DNA of 64,000 nucleotides from Candidatus Marinarcus sp. (GTDB lineage Bacteria; Campylobacterota; Campylobacteria; Campylobacterales; Arcobacteraceae): NCBI RefSeq assembly GCF_048571275.1, contig NZ_CP182357.1, positions 1,142,125 to 1,206,124 of the forward strand, read 5' to 3'. Shown piece by piece: positions 60,947 to 64,000 of this stretch (position 1 is its first letter; each line of letters starts with the position of its first letter). The notes under the pieces were generated by a model. It saw only the letters and a program-made list of their open reading frames with translations, ran no database searches and was not told where the DNA came from. The position numbers and the translations under genes were made by a program.

Positions 60947-60981
60947 AAAAAAGGGGAGAAGCTTGGCTTCTCCCCTTTTTT
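60947..60981. terminator. Bidirectional intrinsic terminator between rpsR and cysS
   Basis: AAAAAAGGGGAGAAGC-TTG-GCTTCTCCCCTTTTTT. Confidence 0.9.
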
Positions 60982-60990
60982 TATGGATGT

Positions 60991-62397
60991 TTAGTTGGAT
61001 TTTTCCCAAACAGTTCCATTGGGTGTATCCATTAAAGAAATACCCATTTGTAAAATTACATCTCGCACGTTATCTGCGGTGGCAAAATCTTTTTGTTTTT
61101 TTGCATTGTTTCTGGTTTGAATTAAATTTTCAATGGTTTTAATTTCATCATCAGAAATACCAAATTGAAAATAGGTGTAAGCGTCTTGTAGACCAATGCC
61201 TAAAATGTCGTTGATACATGCAATATTGGCAACAAGCTCTTTTTTGAGATTTTTATTTTTGGGTTCTTTATCTAAAATATCATTGGCATTTGAAATCATT
61301 TCATCAACGATTGAGATGGCTTTTGCCGAGTTTAAATCGTCATTTAAAGCCTCAATGACTCTACTTTGGAAGTTTTTATTGACACTGCTACCTTCGATAC
61401 CATAAACTCTTTTTTTAACTCTGTAAAGTTTGTCGAGTCGTTTTTTACTGGCAATTAAATCCTCTTCATTGAAGTTAAAATCGGTTCGGTAGTGCGCGGT
61501 TAAGAGATAAAATCGTACCACTTCACCTGAATAGGATGTTAAAATATCTTTTAAGAAAAATGAGTTGCCCAAGGATTTGCTCATTTTTTCTCCATCAATG
61601 GTGACAAAACCATTGTGTATCCAATATTTTGCCAGATTTTTTCCTGTGGCACATCGTGTTTGTGCTGCTTCATTTTCATGATGAGGGAAGAGTAAATCAG
61701 CACCACCTCCGTGAATATCAATTTGATAAGGGGTATCACAAGAGGCCAAGTGTTCATTAATCATGGCACTGCATTCAATATGCCAACCAGGACGTCCCTT
61801 CCCAAATGGAGCATCAAAAGAGAGTTCTTCCCCTTTTTTAATTTTCCAAAGAGCAAAATCTTTTTGATTTTTTTTGTTGCTGTTCTCTTCTACTCGTGCT
61901 TGTGTTTTTTCCTCATCAAAACGGTGACTCAATGAGCCATAAGCACTGTCTTTAGAGGTGTCAAAATAGACGCCATCTTCAAGAATATACGCGTTGTTAT
62001 CACTTAAAAGTTTTGAAATCATGGTTTTCATGCTCTCAATATTTTCAGTGGCTTTGGGTTCTATGGTATTGGGTAATACATTTAAGGCATTCATATCCTC
62101 TTTGTATTTATGGATGTATAACGTGGTGATTTCTTCTAAAGTTTGATGCGTTGTGGCCATTTTATTGATGATTTTATCATCAATATCGGTAAAGTTTTTT
62201 GTCATAATGACGTTGTAGCCATTGGCTTTTAAGACTCGATGCAGCAAGTCAAAAGCAATCGCAGACCGAGCGTGTCCCAGATGAGAATCATCGTAGACAG
62301 TGGGTCCGCAAACATATATTTTGACTTCGTTTTCTTTTAATGGTACAAATTTTTCTTTTGTTTTTTTTACTGAATCATAAAAAAATATATCGTTCAT
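60991..62397 (-). CDS. cysS: Cysteine--tRNA ligase
   Basis: CGPTVYD..HLGH; GRPGWHIECS; DIHGGG; KMSKS. Confidence 0.97.
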   Translation of the reverse strand: MNDIFFYDSVKKTKEKFVPLKENEVKIYVCGPTVYDDSHLGHARSAIAFDLLHRVLKANGYNVIMTKNFTDIDDKIINKMATTHQTLEEITTLYIHKYKEDMNALNVLPNTIEPKATENIESMKTMISKLLSDNNAYILEDGVYFDTSKDSAYGSLSHRFDEEKTQARVEENSNKKNQKDFALWKIKKGEELSFDAPFGKGRPGWHIECSAMINEHLASCDTPYQIDIHGGGADLLFPHHENEAAQTRCATGKNLAKYWIHNGFVTIDGEKMSKSLGNSFFLKDILTSYSGEVVRFYLLTAHYRTDFNFNEEDLIASKKRLDKLYRVKKRVYGIEGSSVNKNFQSRVIEALNDDLNSAKAISIVDEMISNANDILDKEPKNKNLKKELVANIACINDILGIGLQDAYTYFQFGISDDEIKTIENLIQTRNNAKKQKDFATADNVRDVILQMGISLMDTPNGTVWEKSN

Positions 62398-63572
62398 TAT
62401 TTAAATAGTGCCTCTAATGTGGTTGTGCCATTTCTCTCTTCGTGTGGTTTTGCTGCTTCATTTTCACTTGAACTTAAGCTGTTTCCACCAATTTCTACCA
62501 ATTCAATTGTACATTTAGTCAGCATGGATGCCAAACGAATGTTCAGACCCGCTTTTCCAATGGCTTTTGATTTTTGGTCACTTGGAATGGTCACAATGGC
62601 TTTGTCTTTTTCATCGTATTTTGTTGCTTTTTCAATGACCACACTGCTGATAATGGCAGGCGATAGCGCTCTTGAAACAAACACTTCAGGAATTGAAGAG
62701 TATTCAACACAGTCAATACTTTCTCCGTGCAATTGCGCACTCACGGCTGAAATTCTCACCCCTTTAACACCCACAACGGAACCGATTGGGTCAATTGAAG
62801 AGTCAATGGATGTTAAGGCGATTTTTGCACGACTCCCTGGTATTCTGGCACTGGCTTCAATGCTCACTCTTTCATCTTTAAGTTCTGGAACTTCAAGGGC
62901 TAAAAGGGCTTCAAGGAACCGTGGAGATGTTCGTGAGAGTTCAATGACTAAACCGTTTGTTTTGTCAATATTGACCGATTTAACAACCGCTTTTAAGTTA
63001 CCACCCACTTTAAATGACTCCCCTTTGATTCTGTTTTTTCGTGGGAGCATTCCTCTGACTTCACCAATTTCAACAAAAGTATTTTCAGCTCTGTCAATGC
63101 TGGTGACGCTTCCATTGATGACTTTTCCAATTTTGTCTTGGTATTTACTTAAGAGTGTTTGTTCGATGTATCGTTGTATTTTATATTCAAAATTACTGTT
63201 TAATATGGTGGCTGCATTTCTTCCCATATTTTCAAACTCTAATTCATATTCCATGAAGTCACCGACTTCTAAATCGGGGTCAATTTCTTGAGCTTCGTCT
63301 ATGGTGATAAAATTTTCTTTGTTGATAGGATGATTGTATGCATCAAATTCTTCACCCATGAGTCTTTCATCATCATTTTTAACGACTTCAATTTTTTGAA
63401 ACAGTTTTAATTGTTTATGAACTCTGTCGATTTCAGCATCGAAAGTCAATGTTTCATCCACCATTTTTTTGGCAGTAATAATCAAAGCTTCCTTTAAAGC
63501 CTCTTCTATTTCCCCAATTTTTAATCCCTTCTCATATGCTATTGAATCTAAAATATCAATAATTTTATCCAT
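62397..63572 (-). CDS. nusA: Transcription factor NusA
   Basis: IAYEKG; S1 and KH domains; ARIPGSRAKIA; DPIGSVVG; AIGKAGLNIRLA. Confidence 0.95.
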   Translation of the reverse strand: MDKIIDILDSIAYEKGLKIGEIEEALKEALIITAKKMVDETLTFDAEIDRVHKQLKLFQKIEVVKNDDERLMGEEFDAYNHPINKENFITIDEAQEIDPDLEVGDFMEYELEFENMGRNAATILNSNFEYKIQRYIEQTLLSKYQDKIGKVINGSVTSIDRAENTFVEIGEVRGMLPRKNRIKGESFKVGGNLKAVVKSVNIDKTNGLVIELSRTSPRFLEALLALEVPELKDERVSIEASARIPGSRAKIALTSIDSSIDPIGSVVGVKGVRISAVSAQLHGESIDCVEYSSIPEVFVSRALSPAIISSVVIEKATKYDEKDKAIVTIPSDQKSKAIGKAGLNIRLASMLTKCTIELVEIGGNSLSSSENEAAKPHEERNGTTTLEALFK

Positions 63573-63722
63573 GTATTAACCCTTATTTTTGACATTGAAA
63601 TGATAAAAAATGATTTCCAATGTGATTGTAGATTAATATTATATCTAAAACTACTTTTATACAAATTAAAGACGTTTTTAGGTAAAATATTTGACTTATC
63701 TAAAAATAAAAGGGTTAATACA

Positions 63723-63965
63723 ATGGACGTATTATTAGCGAGAAAAGAATTAAATGAAAAACCAAAAAAAGTTCAACTTTCTAAATTAATAGAAGAATTA
63801 AAAGAGGCCGGAGAAAGAATATTTTACTTTGACAAGGACAACTCTCATAAAGATATGATGGCTTTAGTTGATACGATTGAAGCAGAAGGGTACAATGTAT
63901 ACTTCAGAGAAGTCAGATATGGTTTAGCTGATGATGAATATATGTATGAGGTTCATGCGCTTTAA
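63723..63965 (+). CDS. HP0268-family small protein
   Basis: MDVLLARKELNEKPKK..FYFDKDNSHKD..YFREVRYGL..YEVH; divergent from nusA; ATG 63723 after AAAAGGG. Confidence 0.7.
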   Translation: MDVLLARKELNEKPKKVQLSKLIEELKEAGERIFYFDKDNSHKDMMALVDTIEAEGYNVYFREVRYGLADDEYMYEVHAL

Positions 63966-64000
63966 GAAGAGCCTGATAAAAGAAATTGATGCAAAAAACT

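Noticed and set aside
62419-63291. 290-aa ORF antisense to nusA, and other antisense/overlapping ORFs in the track (e.g. 24514-25014, 22927-23289, 4965-5327, 41021-41359)
   Set aside because: Shadow frames of well-supported genes, with no motifs or RBS
63989-64000. Start of a next gene (MQKT...)
   Set aside because: Only four codons lie in the window, too few to assign

Overview
Chromosomal window from an AT-rich Campylobacterota bacterium, most likely Arcobacteraceae (inferred from gene content and synteny). The backbone is housekeeping: amtB-glnK-pyrC; a flagellar cluster with two tandem, diverged flgK genes; tilS, rimO, panC, metF, serB, tal, class II DAHP synthase, tgt, murC and nhaA; then cytochrome c peroxidase, ilvC, rnr, holA, rpsF-ssb-rpsR, cysS and nusA. 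The main feature is an apparently intact 18,469-bp Tn7-like transposon at 31798-50266. It has TGT...ACA ends, 27-bp terminal inverted repeats (25/27 identical) and a 5-bp target duplication (TGACC), and it splits the competence gene dprA, which rejoins in frame when the element is removed. tnsA-tnsB-tnsC-tniQ lie at one end and a lone tnsE-like gene at the other, positioned to be read from the captured dprA promoter. Cargo: a signal-peptide EndA/Dns-family DNase, a soluble receiver/histidine-kinase pair, two small mobile-element proteins, and an HTH-ParB-JetABCD (Wadjet) operon in which a full ParB abuts jetA with no gap. Copies of a ~42-bp motif fall at cargo module boundaries. The element therefore appears to combine three barriers to incoming DNA (dprA knockout, exported DNase, anti-plasmid SMC nuclease), and the ParB-Wadjet coupling is the best candidate for an undescribed system. 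No Cas genes, CRISPR array, rRNA or tRNA were seen. All family assignments come from motif recognition by eye, not database searches.
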